A stretch of DNA of 64,000 bases from Candidatus Aenigmatarchaeota archaeon (GCA_043824495.1 JBDRSV010000010.1:32001-96000), one strand, 5' to 3'; positions 39,199 to 48,168 are shown, counted from the first letter of the stretch. Notes: generated by a model from the sequence alone, not told the origin. Numbers and translations: made by a program.

Positions 39199-39318
39199 CT
39201 ACATAATATACTCCTTGTAGATCCAAAGTTCTCTGTCATCATCCAGTGGCACTTCGTTATCCACCAGCCACTGGACATATTCTATTTCATTTTCGTCTGC
39301 TTCTTGAATACTCAACAT
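39199..39318 (-). CDS. Small acidic protein (39 aa)
   Basis: SD AAGGAGG. MLSIQEADENEIEYVQWLVDNEVPLDDDRELWIYKEYIM. Confidence 0.5.
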   Translation of the reverse strand: MLSIQEADENEIEYVQWLVDNEVPLDDDRELWIYKEYIM

Positions 39319-39341
39319 ACTTATCCTCCTTGAAATCTTAA

Positions 39342-39554
39342 CGACCTGAAAGACAGACGACTTTATTCGATTGTTGAAAGTCGTCAAGCCTCCTCCGGTC
39401 GCCTTTATTCTAATTCGATACCTTTGTTTGGACAGGGTACGGGTCGAGGAAGCGGTAGCTCCCGTTGACCCGCTTCTAAGAAAGCGTGTCCGCAGGACGA
39501 AAACCATTAAGTGTGAGCTGAAGTAACTGAAGCGAGCCTTAAGGTTTTCAGCTT
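39342..39554 (+). ncRNA. Unidentified structured RNA
   Basis: GC-rich nested stems (CGACC/GGTCG, GACGACTTT/AAAGTCGTC, GGACA/TGTCC, GGGTCGA/TTGACCC, AGCTGAA/TTCAGCT). Most G-U wobbles favour the + strand. Confidence 0.5.
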
Positions 39555-39623
39555 CCGTTTAGTTTACCTATTTACTATCAAGTAGCAACAACCGAAAAGT
39601 ATTTAAATATATCTATCTTAATT

Positions 39624-40478
39624 TTGACTATGGTTATAGCAAATGGTGAGCTGAAGGACAATATAAACATACAACCTACCAGCTCAAGCTATATTGATAT
39701 AGGAACATACAAAAGTTTAGGAAATTCTATTGTTTACTCTACTACACTCACAAGAACAAGAAGAAATTATTACGATTCAAAGAACGAGCTACCAGAAGGA
39801 CATAGAATGTCCACGGCAGTAGAAGAACTTGCAATCCAGCTTGGCCTTGAAAGGGCAGGACAAGACCCAAGAAAAGCTGAAGTGCTCAACGATCTTTTCG
39901 GAAGGAAAAACAACGGATGGTATGCATTCCAATGGACAGAAACAGGATTAAGGGTACCTAAAGGATACGATCCAAACAGGACAGAGACAGACGAACAAGG
40001 AAGAAAGTATTTCCAAAGAATTATTCTGATAGGCGACCAGGAAGTAGGTGAAGTGCTTGTCCCGGAAGGAAGCGGAAGAGCTATTATGGAATGGGACGAA
40101 GTGTTTGGGATACCAAGAGTAACCTCAGACAAGGCCGGAGACATGACGCTCGAAAACCACACAACTCATTTTTACTTTGATGCAAATCCAGGACAAGACG
40201 ATAAAAGCGGCGGATATGATGTATCCGTTGCCCGTGGGAGCGACTGGCATCACGCTGATCACGCTAGGTGCCTGGGCGTCTATGCGGCCTGCGAGCGTTG
40301 GTATGCGTACGTCAATGATGGTGTTCGTCCGGTTCAGGGTTCTCTTCCTGAGATCACACCAGAATTTGTGAGAATTGATCCCGGAATAGTGGAAGAAGCA
40401 AAGGCAAGAACGATAACAATAGACGATGATGCTGCAAACCTGACAGCAAGACAGTTTAAAGAAAAATATAGTGTATAA
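39624..40478 (+). CDS. DGR target protein (probable C-type-lectin-fold variable domain)
   Basis: The VR encodes VARGSDW...NDGVRP near the C-terminus. Confidence 0.85.
   Translation: MTMVIANGELKDNINIQPTSSSYIDIGTYKSLGNSIVYSTTLTRTRRNYYDSKNELPEGHRMSTAVEELAIQLGLERAGQDPRKAEVLNDLFGRKNNGWYAFQWTETGLRVPKGYDPNRTETDEQGRKYFQRIILIGDQEVGEVLVPEGSGRAIMEWDEVFGIPRVTSDKAGDMTLENHTTHFYFDANPGQDDKSGGYDVSVARGSDWHHADHARCLGVYAACERWYAYVNDGVRPVQGSLPEITPEFVRIDPGIVEEAKARTITIDDDAANLTARQFKEKYSV
40225..40329 (+). repeat. DGR variable repeat (VR), 105 nt
   Basis: Colinear with the spliced TR; 13 mismatches, 12 at TR adenines. Hairpin TCAGG/CCTGA downstream at 40334-40351. Confidence 0.93.
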
Positions 40479-40797
40479 ATAATTTCTTTTTGAATTAAAT
40501 ACAATGGATACTTCAACTTTTATTTCCTTTGGAACCCCAGAGAGAGATAATTTCTTCTACTAACCCACATAGCCAGAGCGTTCCTGATTCTTTGTATAAT
40601 CCGTCACTCTTTATAGTCCTGGCCAGAACCGGCTCCGTAACAGAACACACAGCCGGAGAACCCTGAACTATACGCCTGTTCATAGACGAAGCCATATAAA
40701 ATATGTGCTGATGACATGAAATTCAGCAGTGACAGCTAGTAAGCAGAGAAGAAAACTGAAACTGTGGTGAAATCTTGAGTGAACAAGCTACTGAACA

Positions 40798-40943
40798 CCG
40801 TTGCCCGTAGGAGCAACTGGCATCACGATGATCATAGCGAAGCGCTATCATAAACGATAGGTGCCTGAACGTCAATGCGAACTACGAGCGTTGGAATGCG
40901 AAATTGCTGACAAGCGACGCAAACGGCAATGATGGTGTTCGTC
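40798..40943 (+). repeat. DGR template repeat (TR), 146 nt including two BHB inserts (40834-40853, 40903-40923)
   Basis: 146 minus 20 minus 21 equals 105 nt, the VR length. Confidence 0.93.
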
Positions 40944-40969
40944 AATAATCCAGTCTGGCCGGGATCTTT

Positions 40970-42051
40970 ATGAAAACTCATGGCAAACTATACAATAATA
41001 TACACTCAATAGAGAACTCTATCTGGCATATAGGAAGGCCAGAAAAGGCAAAAGGAATCGACATTATGTAAAAGAATTTGAATATGATCTACAGAACAAT
41101 ATACTAAGCTTACAAAAAGAACTAACAGAGCTCACATATGGGCCTAATCCCCTGAAAATCTTTGTGATAAGGGATCCAAAAACCCGTGTAATTTCCGCAT
41201 CTGATTTTAGAGATAGAGTTGTGCATCATGCACTATTCAACATCATTGAGCCGATATTTGAAAAAACATTTATCCATGACTCGTATGCAAGCAGGAAGAA
41301 CAAGGGGACCCATAAAGCTATAGAAAGGTTTGACGAGTTCAAGAGAAAGACAGCAAGAAACGGAAAACTTATAAAAAATGCAAAAACAAACAACATAGTC
41401 ATTGGCTATGTATTAAAAGCAGACATAAAGCACTATTTTGATTCAGTTGATCATGAAGTAATGATTAATATAATTAAAAAGAAAATCAGTGATAAGCACG
41501 TATTATGGTTAGTAAAGAAGATTCTGGACAACCATAACACCAAGATGCCATGCAAAGGAATGCCTATTGGAAACCTCACGAGCCAGACATTTGCAAACGT
41601 ATATTTGAATAGCCTTGATTATTTTGTGAAACAAAAACTAAGGGCAAGATATTACATCAGATATCTTGATGACTTTGTCATATTTGACAGAAGCAAAGAG
41701 AAGCTGGAAAAATATAAAAATCAGATAAGCGAGTTTCTCAAAACAATAAAACTGGAGCTTCATCCCAATAAATCCAAGATAATACCCCTGCATAAGGGCA
41801 TTAATTTTCTCGGCTTCAGAATTTTCTACTATCATAAACTTCTCAAGAAGAGTAATATCAGACTGTTCAGGAAAAGAACAATTGAATTAGAAAAGTCTTA
41901 TATATGTGGGGAAACATCCAAAGACAAGTTATGCGAAAAGATCAACGGCTGGCTGGAATATGCAAGGCATGGAGACACATATAAACTGAGGAAACGAATT
42001 CAAGATGAGATTTCTCATTTCTTAATGATTATAAAGAAAAAACCTCAATAA
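40970..42051 (+). pseudogene. DGR reverse transcriptase with a 1-nt deletion/frameshift near codon 16-17
   Basis: MKTHGKLYNNIHSIEN in one frame, LYLAYRKARKGK... in the -1 frame. GMPIGNLTSQ and RYLDD motifs are intact. Confidence 0.8.
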
Positions 42052-42057
42052 ATACAT

Positions 42058-43341
42058 ATGCTGGACATAAAATTGATTCGAGAGACCCCTCAAATTGTGA
42101 AAAAGAATCTTCAGAAAAGAGGAGACAAAGAGAAACTCGAATGGGTAGACGATGTTGTGGAATTAGATAAAAAGTGGAGAAGTGGCCTCAAAAAAATAGA
42201 AGATCTTAGACGTAAAAGAAATGTGGTGACACATGAAATAGCCAAGATTAAAGCAAATGGAAAATCTGCTTCTAAAGAAATCCAAGAAATGAAAGACATT
42301 CCAAACAAAATTAAAGAGTTGGAAGAAAAAAATCAGAAATATAGAGAGAAAATGATGTATTATCTAATGAGAATACCAAACATTCTCCATGATTCCGTTC
42401 CTAAAGGTAAAGATGATGAGGACAATGTAGAAACCAAAAAGTGGGGTAACCCTCCAAAATTTGATTTCAAATCAAAAAATCATTTAGATTTACTTCTTGA
42501 CTTAGGATTGATAGATCAGGAAAGAGCAAACAAAATATCTGGAAATGGTTTTTACTATTATAAAGAAGGGTTGGTCTTACTAGATCGAGCTTTACAATCT
42601 TATACAATTGATTTTCTTAGGAAAAAAGGATATGTTCTAATCAAACCTCCTTATATGATGAGAAAAAAACCGTATGAGGGCGTAACTGATTTCGAGTTCT
42701 TCCAAGATCAAGCTTACAAAATAGAAGAGGAAGATTTATACTTAATTGCTACAAGTGAGCATCCAATGGCTGCAATGTTCATAAACGAAGTTTTAGATAA
42801 AGATAAACTTCCACTAAAACTTGTTGGTATATCTCCTTGCTTCAGGAAAGAAGTGGGAGCGCATGGTAAGTACACGAAAGGATTATTCCGTATGCATCAA
42901 TTTGACAAAATAGAACAATTCATTTTTTGTTTACCTGAACAATCATGGGAGCTTCACGAAGAACTTCAAAAAAACGCAGAAGAACTTTATCAAAACTTAG
43001 GTCTTTCATACAGAGTTGTGAATGTGTGTACAGGTGATATAGGGGACATAGCCGCAAAAAAATATGATATAGAAATTTGGATGGCTGATGGAAAGTATAG
43101 AGAAGTCGGTTCAAATTCTAATTGCACTGATTACCAATCCAGGCGCCTAAACATAAAATACAGAGAAACTGAAGGCAAGCCTCCTGTAGGTTTTATTCAC
43201 ACTTTAAACAATACAGCAATTGCAACAAGCAGGACTATGGTTGCTGTTCTAGAAACTTATCAGAAAGCAGATGGAACAATAGAAATCCCAAAAGTCTTGA
43301 GGCCTTACATGAGTGGGATGAAAGTTCTAGAAAAGAAGTAA
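42058..43341 (+). CDS. serS: Seryl-tRNA synthetase
   Basis: MLDIKLIRE, LIATSE, FRKEVG, EVGSNSNCTDYQSRRL, HTLN.TA. Confidence 0.97.
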   Translation: MLDIKLIRETPQIVKKNLQKRGDKEKLEWVDDVVELDKKWRSGLKKIEDLRRKRNVVTHEIAKIKANGKSASKEIQEMKDIPNKIKELEEKNQKYREKMMYYLMRIPNILHDSVPKGKDDEDNVETKKWGNPPKFDFKSKNHLDLLLDLGLIDQERANKISGNGFYYYKEGLVLLDRALQSYTIDFLRKKGYVLIKPPYMMRKKPYEGVTDFEFFQDQAYKIEEEDLYLIATSEHPMAAMFINEVLDKDKLPLKLVGISPCFRKEVGAHGKYTKGLFRMHQFDKIEQFIFCLPEQSWELHEELQKNAEELYQNLGLSYRVVNVCTGDIGDIAAKKYDIEIWMADGKYREVGSNSNCTDYQSRRLNIKYRETEGKPPVGFIHTLNNTAIATSRTMVAVLETYQKADGTIEIPKVLRPYMSGMKVLEKK

Positions 43342-43342
43342 A

Positions 43343-44848
43343 TTATAATCCAATCAGAGTTGCCTTTTTCTGAAATTCAAATCTGGCTTTGAAATGTCTT
43401 AGTGGAAGGTCTTTACCATAAACAACATTAACAGCTGGAATTTTATCTCTTTGCTCGTACAGAGACTGAAGAGCTTCTGCTACAGAATCTAAATCTTGTT
43501 TTTCATATCTGAGGCGAGGAATAGCAAATCTAACAAAATTAACTTCAGGGAAAGTTTCCTTTCCCGTTTCTTTGTTATATGAACCAAAAGCAAAATTGCC
43601 TAGTTCAATGGCTCTGTGACCATAAGCAGCTAAAAGAACAGCGGTTAAAGCCACTCCACCAAAATCTTCTGGTTTCATATCTGTATCCGCGAAGAATTTA
43701 TTTACATCCAAATAAATTGCATGTCCTCCTGAGGGTGCTAAAACTGGAAGATTTTTTTTGCGTAAATTTCTTCCGAAATCTTGAACTTGGTTTATTCTAT
43801 GTTCTAGATATTTTTCTTTTGTTACAGTGTTTAAACCAACAACAAGAGCCATTATGTTTCTTCCAGAAAGACCACCATAAGTTGGGTGTCCCTCTTTTAG
43901 AATTTGATGGTTTGTTAGAGCGTCTGACATGGAAGGATATTTTTTTACAAAAAGTCCATCATTTCTAAAGAAAAGACCCCCTCCCATGTTCACAAGGCCA
44001 TCTTTTTTGAAACTGATTGTAAATCCATCTACATATGAAAACATTTCTCTGATAATTTCTGGTATATTCTTGTTGCCATAACCACTTTCTTTATTTTTAA
44101 TGAACCAGGAATTTTCTGCAAATCTACATGCATCAAAAAACAAAGGAATGTTGTGTTTATGGGAAATTTCAGAAACTTCTTTTATGTTTTCCATTGATAC
44201 CGGCTGACCTCCGCCGGTGTTGTTGGTTATTGTGAGATAAATCAGAGGAACTTGATTAGCTGATTTTTCTAGAAGGTTTTTGAGTTTTTCTGTGTTCATG
44301 TTGCCCTTAAAGCAACAATCAGAATCAGAATCTTTTAATTCAGATGAAAATAAATTTATGGCTTGTATTTTATTAGCTTCTATGTTAGCTTCTGTTGTGT
44401 CAAAATGACCATTACTAGGAATTATGAGATTAGATCCCAATTTGCCTATAAGACTGAATAGGGCATCTTCGCATGGACGACCCTGATGAAAAATGAACGC
44501 GTTTGGTTTTTCTTCTGGCTGATTGAAAAATTTTTCGCCGAAAACAGTTCTGATCTGTTCTGCTAGTAAAAAATAACCTCTGTTAGATCCATATGCTTCA
44601 TCTCCTTTATGTAATGCGGCCCACTGTTCATTTGTCATTGTAGTTGTTCCAGAATCAGAAAGCATGTCGCATCCGGTTATCATTTCTGATGGAAAAAAGA
44701 AAACGTTCAGTCCAACACGTTCAAGCATTTTAGTTCTTTCTTTTGATGTGTATTGTTTCTTAAGTTCAATGGAGTGATTAAAATAAGGACGTGTTTTCGT
44801 TTGAAGATTATCTTCTTTGAAATTGTGTATAATTTCGTTTAAATCCAT
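43343..44848 (-). CDS. Tryptophanase/tyrosine phenol-lyase family PLP enzyme
   Basis: DMLSDSGT, GDEAYGS, HQGR, HFDTT, SFKKDGLVNMGG, GGHAIYLD, VRFAIPR. Confidence 0.9.
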   Translation of the reverse strand: MDLNEIIHNFKEDNLQTKTRPYFNHSIELKKQYTSKERTKMLERVGLNVFFFPSEMITGCDMLSDSGTTTMTNEQWAALHKGDEAYGSNRGYFLLAEQIRTVFGEKFFNQPEEKPNAFIFHQGRPCEDALFSLIGKLGSNLIIPSNGHFDTTEANIEANKIQAINLFSSELKDSDSDCCFKGNMNTEKLKNLLEKSANQVPLIYLTITNNTGGGQPVSMENIKEVSEISHKHNIPLFFDACRFAENSWFIKNKESGYGNKNIPEIIREMFSYVDGFTISFKKDGLVNMGGGLFFRNDGLFVKKYPSMSDALTNHQILKEGHPTYGGLSGRNIMALVVGLNTVTKEKYLEHRINQVQDFGRNLRKKNLPVLAPSGGHAIYLDVNKFFADTDMKPEDFGGVALTAVLLAAYGHRAIELGNFAFGSYNKETGKETFPEVNFVRFAIPRLRYEKQDLDSVAEALQSLYEQRDKIPAVNVVYGKDLPLRHFKARFEFQKKATLIGL

Positions 44849-44926
44849 GTTCTTAAAATTAATTTAAAAATATTTAAAGTATTATCAAATTGTAACGCTT
44901 ATAATCTTTAAATTTCACAATTTAAT

Positions 44927-45145
44927 ATGGCGAAAGTGCCTTCAGGTTATGTTGTGTATATACACCGAGATTTCTGTAAAGACGTAGAATGTCCTGTACA
45001 AATAGAATTGGACAAAGAGGAAATAGAATCTGAAAAATATAACACAATATGCGAAACGTGCAAGAGAGATTGCAACTTCACTGCAATTGGTTTTCAAAAA
45101 TGGCTAGCTTCTCATGGGTACTTGATAGTCAAAACATCTAAATAA
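44927..45145 (+). CDS. Small Cys-containing hypothetical protein
   Basis: FC...C...C..C...C pattern. Confidence 0.55.
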   Translation: MAKVPSGYVVYIHRDFCKDVECPVQIELDKEEIESEKYNTICETCKRDCNFTAIGFQKWLASHGYLIVKTSK

Positions 45146-45227
45146 AAGAAGTGAAGTATGGTGATTGGCTTAATCATATGTTAAACTTTTTTATACCTTT
45201 TGCTGCAACTGTTTGTTATGTTAGTAG

Positions 45228-46267
45228 GAGATAAGCATTATAGAACTGTTTGGATGGAAGGTAACATAGTTAGAATGATTAATCAAATCAAACTCCCACA
45301 TCAGTTTATTATACAAGATTTTTTGGATTACACACAAACAGCTCTTAGTATAAAAGATATGTACGTAAGAGGAGCTGGAGCTATAGGAGCTACTGCAGGA
45401 TATGGAATTGCACAAGCAGCTCTACAAGCGCCTGATCAGAGATTTCATGAATATGTAAACCTAGCGGCTGAGCACATAAAACAAACAAGACCAACAGCTC
45501 AAAATTTATTTTATGCTGTTAATAGAGTATTGAAAAAAATAGAAAATTTAGAACCAGCAGTAGCAAGACAAGAAGCTGTTAAAGAGGCTCAAGCAATTGC
45601 TGATGACGATGCTAATTCATGTAAAAAAATAGGAGAATTAGGAGCAGATCTGATAAAAGATGGTTACAAAATATCAACACATTGTAATGCTGGTTGGCTG
45701 GCTTTTGTTGACTGGGGATCAGCTTTATCTCCGATATATCAAGCAAAACGACAAGGAAAAAATGTTTTTGTTTTTGTTGATGAAACAAGACCAAGATCAC
45801 AAGGATCTAAATTAACAGCTTGGGAACTAGTAAATGAGAAAATTCCTCATGCAGTTATAGTTGATAATGCTACAGGATATTACATGAAGAAAGGTGAAAT
45901 AGATCTTGTTATTGTCGGTTCTGATAGAATTGCTATAAACGGAGATGTTGCAAACAAGATAGGAACATATTCTTCAGCTGTGGTTGCAAAAGAAAATAAT
46001 ATTTCATTCTATGTGGCAGCACCAACAAGCACGATTGATCCTAATTGCCCTTCAGGTGATCAAATACCAATAGAAGAAAGACATGAAGATGAAGTTCTGG
46101 TTATAGAAGGATTGACTGTAGAGGGTAAAGAAGAGAAAGTTAGAATAGCTCCAAAAGAATCATGTGCTAAAAACCCCAGTTTTGATGTAACACCAGCAAA
46201 ATATATAACAGGTATAATTACAGAAAAAGGCATATTCAAGCCAGAAGAACTAAGAAACTTGTTTTAA
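45228..46267 (+). CDS. mtnA: Methylthioribose-1-phosphate isomerase (eIF2B-like family)
   Basis: VRGAGAIG, RPTA.NL, HCNAG.LA, ETRP..QG..LTAWEL, GDVANKIGTY. Confidence 0.9.
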
Positions 46268-46322
46268 TTATTAAAACCCGAACTTTTATTCCATAAATTC
46301 AAATTAAATTTAAGGTGATTTA

Positions 46323-46631
46323 ATGGGAGAATTTGTTGAAGTTATTAAAAAAGCTGATTTAGAAGAAGGAAAAGGAATGGTAGTCGAAGTTGGAGATAAA
46401 AAAGTAGCTCTTTTTAACGTGGGTGGAGAATTCCATGCAATAGATAATCTATGCCCACATAAACAAGGCCCTCTAGGAGAAGGCATGCTTGATGGTGATA
46501 ACGTGGCTTGTCCTTGGCATGGTTGGGTTTTCAGCGTGAAAAACGGTGTTTCTCCAGTTAATCCAGCAACTAAAGTGGTCAAATATAACGTAAAGATAGA
46601 AGAGGATAACGTTTTAATAGAAAAACAGTAG
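46323..46631 (+). CDS. Rieske 2Fe-2S ferredoxin
   Basis: CPH...CPWHG. Confidence 0.93.
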   Translation: MGEFVEVIKKADLEEGKGMVVEVGDKKVALFNVGGEFHAIDNLCPHKQGPLGEGMLDGDNVACPWHGWVFSVKNGVSPVNPATKVVKYNVKIEEDNVLIEKQ

Positions 46632-46716
46632 ACATCAGGCCTTTAAAAATATTTTAATAAAGCTTTATATATACAGAATATAATAGGTTTAGTATAAATT
46701 GATACAGGAATGCGAT

Positions 46717-47421
46717 ATGGAACAAATACCGCCAAATTATATGGCATATGATAGAACCATTGTTGTTTTCTCTCCTGATGGCAGATTGCTGCAGGTAGAG
46801 TATGCACGACAGATGGTGAAGAGTGGAAGTCCATCAATAGGCATAGTCTTAAAGGACGCTGTTATTTTAGGTGCAGTGAAAATCTCAATGCCACTAGCTA
46901 TAACGGAATCTTACAAAAAGACACATACTATAGATGACCACATAGCCCTTTCAAGCTCTGGGTCTCTCGCAGACACGAGAGAACTTGTAGAAATGGCAAG
47001 GGTAAAGGGACAAGTCAATAAAATTACGTATTCAGAACCTATTTCAGTTAGGTCTTTGACTGAGTACATATGTGATAGAAAGCATATGGTAACCCAATAT
47101 GCGGGTGTTCGACCATATGGTGTAGGACTTCTAATAGGCGGAATTGATTCGAGTGGTCCAGCGTTATACGAAACAGAGCCATCAGGAACCATGATAAAAT
47201 GGAAAGCACAAGCAATTGGAAAAGAAGGAGAAAAGATAAAAACTGTATTGAATAAGAGTTACAAAGATGGTATGGATCTTAAAGCTGGCTTAGCTTTGAT
47301 GACTAAAGCTATATCTGCGGGAGAAAAGAAGAGATTGACCCCAGAAACATTCGAAGTTACGATTATCACAAAAGATGGCGTAAGCAAAATATCAAAAGAA
47401 GAGCTAGCAAAGTTCCTATAA
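46717..47421 (+). CDS. psmA: Proteasome alpha subunit
   Basis: YDRTIVVFSPDGRLLQVEYA, RPYGV.LL.GG. Confidence 0.95.
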   Translation: MEQIPPNYMAYDRTIVVFSPDGRLLQVEYARQMVKSGSPSIGIVLKDAVILGAVKISMPLAITESYKKTHTIDDHIALSSSGSLADTRELVEMARVKGQVNKITYSEPISVRSLTEYICDRKHMVTQYAGVRPYGVGLLIGGIDSSGPALYETEPSGTMIKWKAQAIGKEGEKIKTVLNKSYKDGMDLKAGLALMTKAISAGEKKRLTPETFEVTIITKDGVSKISKEELAKFL

Positions 47422-47466
47422 AATATCGTATTCTAAGTTAGGTTTAATGAGAATTTAGGTGATTTC

Positions 47467-48168
47467 ATGGTTTCTGTTGACAAGGCAGTTATAACAAAAG
47501 TAACTAAGGACCACAAGACATTTGAAATACTTGTAGATCCCGACTTAGCTCTAAAGTTCAAGCATGGAGAAGCTGTATCAGTAGAGAACATGCTTGCTGT
47601 TAGAGAAATTTTTTATGACTCTAGAAAAGGTGAAAGAGCCTCAGCAGAGGATCTACAGAAATTTTTTGGCACATTAGATGTGCTAAAAGTAGCAGAATAT
47701 ATACTAAAACATGGTCAAGTACAATTGACAACCGAACAAAGAAGACAACTTCTGGAAGAAAAAAAGAAGCAGATAGCTGATATTATATGTAAACAGGGAG
47801 TTGATCCTAAAACAAAGATCCCTCATCCTGTAACTAGAATAATGAATGCGATGGATAATGTTCATGTGAATATTGATGCATTCAAGCCTGCTAGAGATCA
47901 AGTGGAAGCAATTCTCATCAAAATACAGGAAATTCTACCAATAAGCGTAGAAAAAATAGAGATTGTAGTGAAAATACCATTGCAGTATGCAGGTAAAGCT
48001 AGCTCACTCATAAGAACCATGGCTTCTGTTAAAAAAGAAGAATGGAAAGCGGATCACTGGTTGGCCCTAATAGAAATACCAGCCGGAATGCAATCTGACA
48101 TATATGAGAAATTAAATGGTCTAACTTCCGGAAATGTTGAAATAAAGGTGCTTAAGGAGCAACGATAG
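47467..48168 (+). CDS. SBDS/Sdo1 ribosome maturation factor
   Basis: FEILVDP, G.VQLT.EQR, PHP..RI. Confidence 0.93.
   Translation: MVSVDKAVITKVTKDHKTFEILVDPDLALKFKHGEAVSVENMLAVREIFYDSRKGERASAEDLQKFFGTLDVLKVAEYILKHGQVQLTTEQRRQLLEEKKKQIADIICKQGVDPKTKIPHPVTRIMNAMDNVHVNIDAFKPARDQVEAILIKIQEILPISVEKIEIVVKIPLQYAGKASSLIRTMASVKKEEWKADHWLALIEIPAGMQSDIYEKLNGLTSGNVEIKVLKEQR

Larger units (their letters stand above)
39624..42051 (+). mobile_element. Diversity-generating retroelement (target-VR, TR, RT)
   Basis: VR/TR pair with adenine-specific mismatches plus a DGR-class RT. Confidence 0.93.

Noticed and set aside
39488-39502. GTCC-GCA-GGAC-GAAA resembling hammerhead stem II
   Set aside because: No CUGANGA element precedes it.
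39199-39507. 102-aa ORF from the track
   Set aside because: Its 5' two-thirds overlap the structured RNA and read as low-complexity. Only the SD-preceded 39-aa part is kept.
40706-40725. Hammerhead-like CTGATGA...GAAA upstream of the TR
   Set aside because: Only 3 nt (CAT) separate the core halves, so no stem II can form.
40925-40943. GATGGTGTTCG resemblance to a fluoride riboswitch 5' end
   Set aside because: It is the VR-shared NDGVR coding motif, and the downstream riboswitch elements are missing.
40970-41030. BHB intron explaining the RT frameshift
   Set aside because: The N-terminus already has the expected length; one base is missing rather than extra sequence being present.
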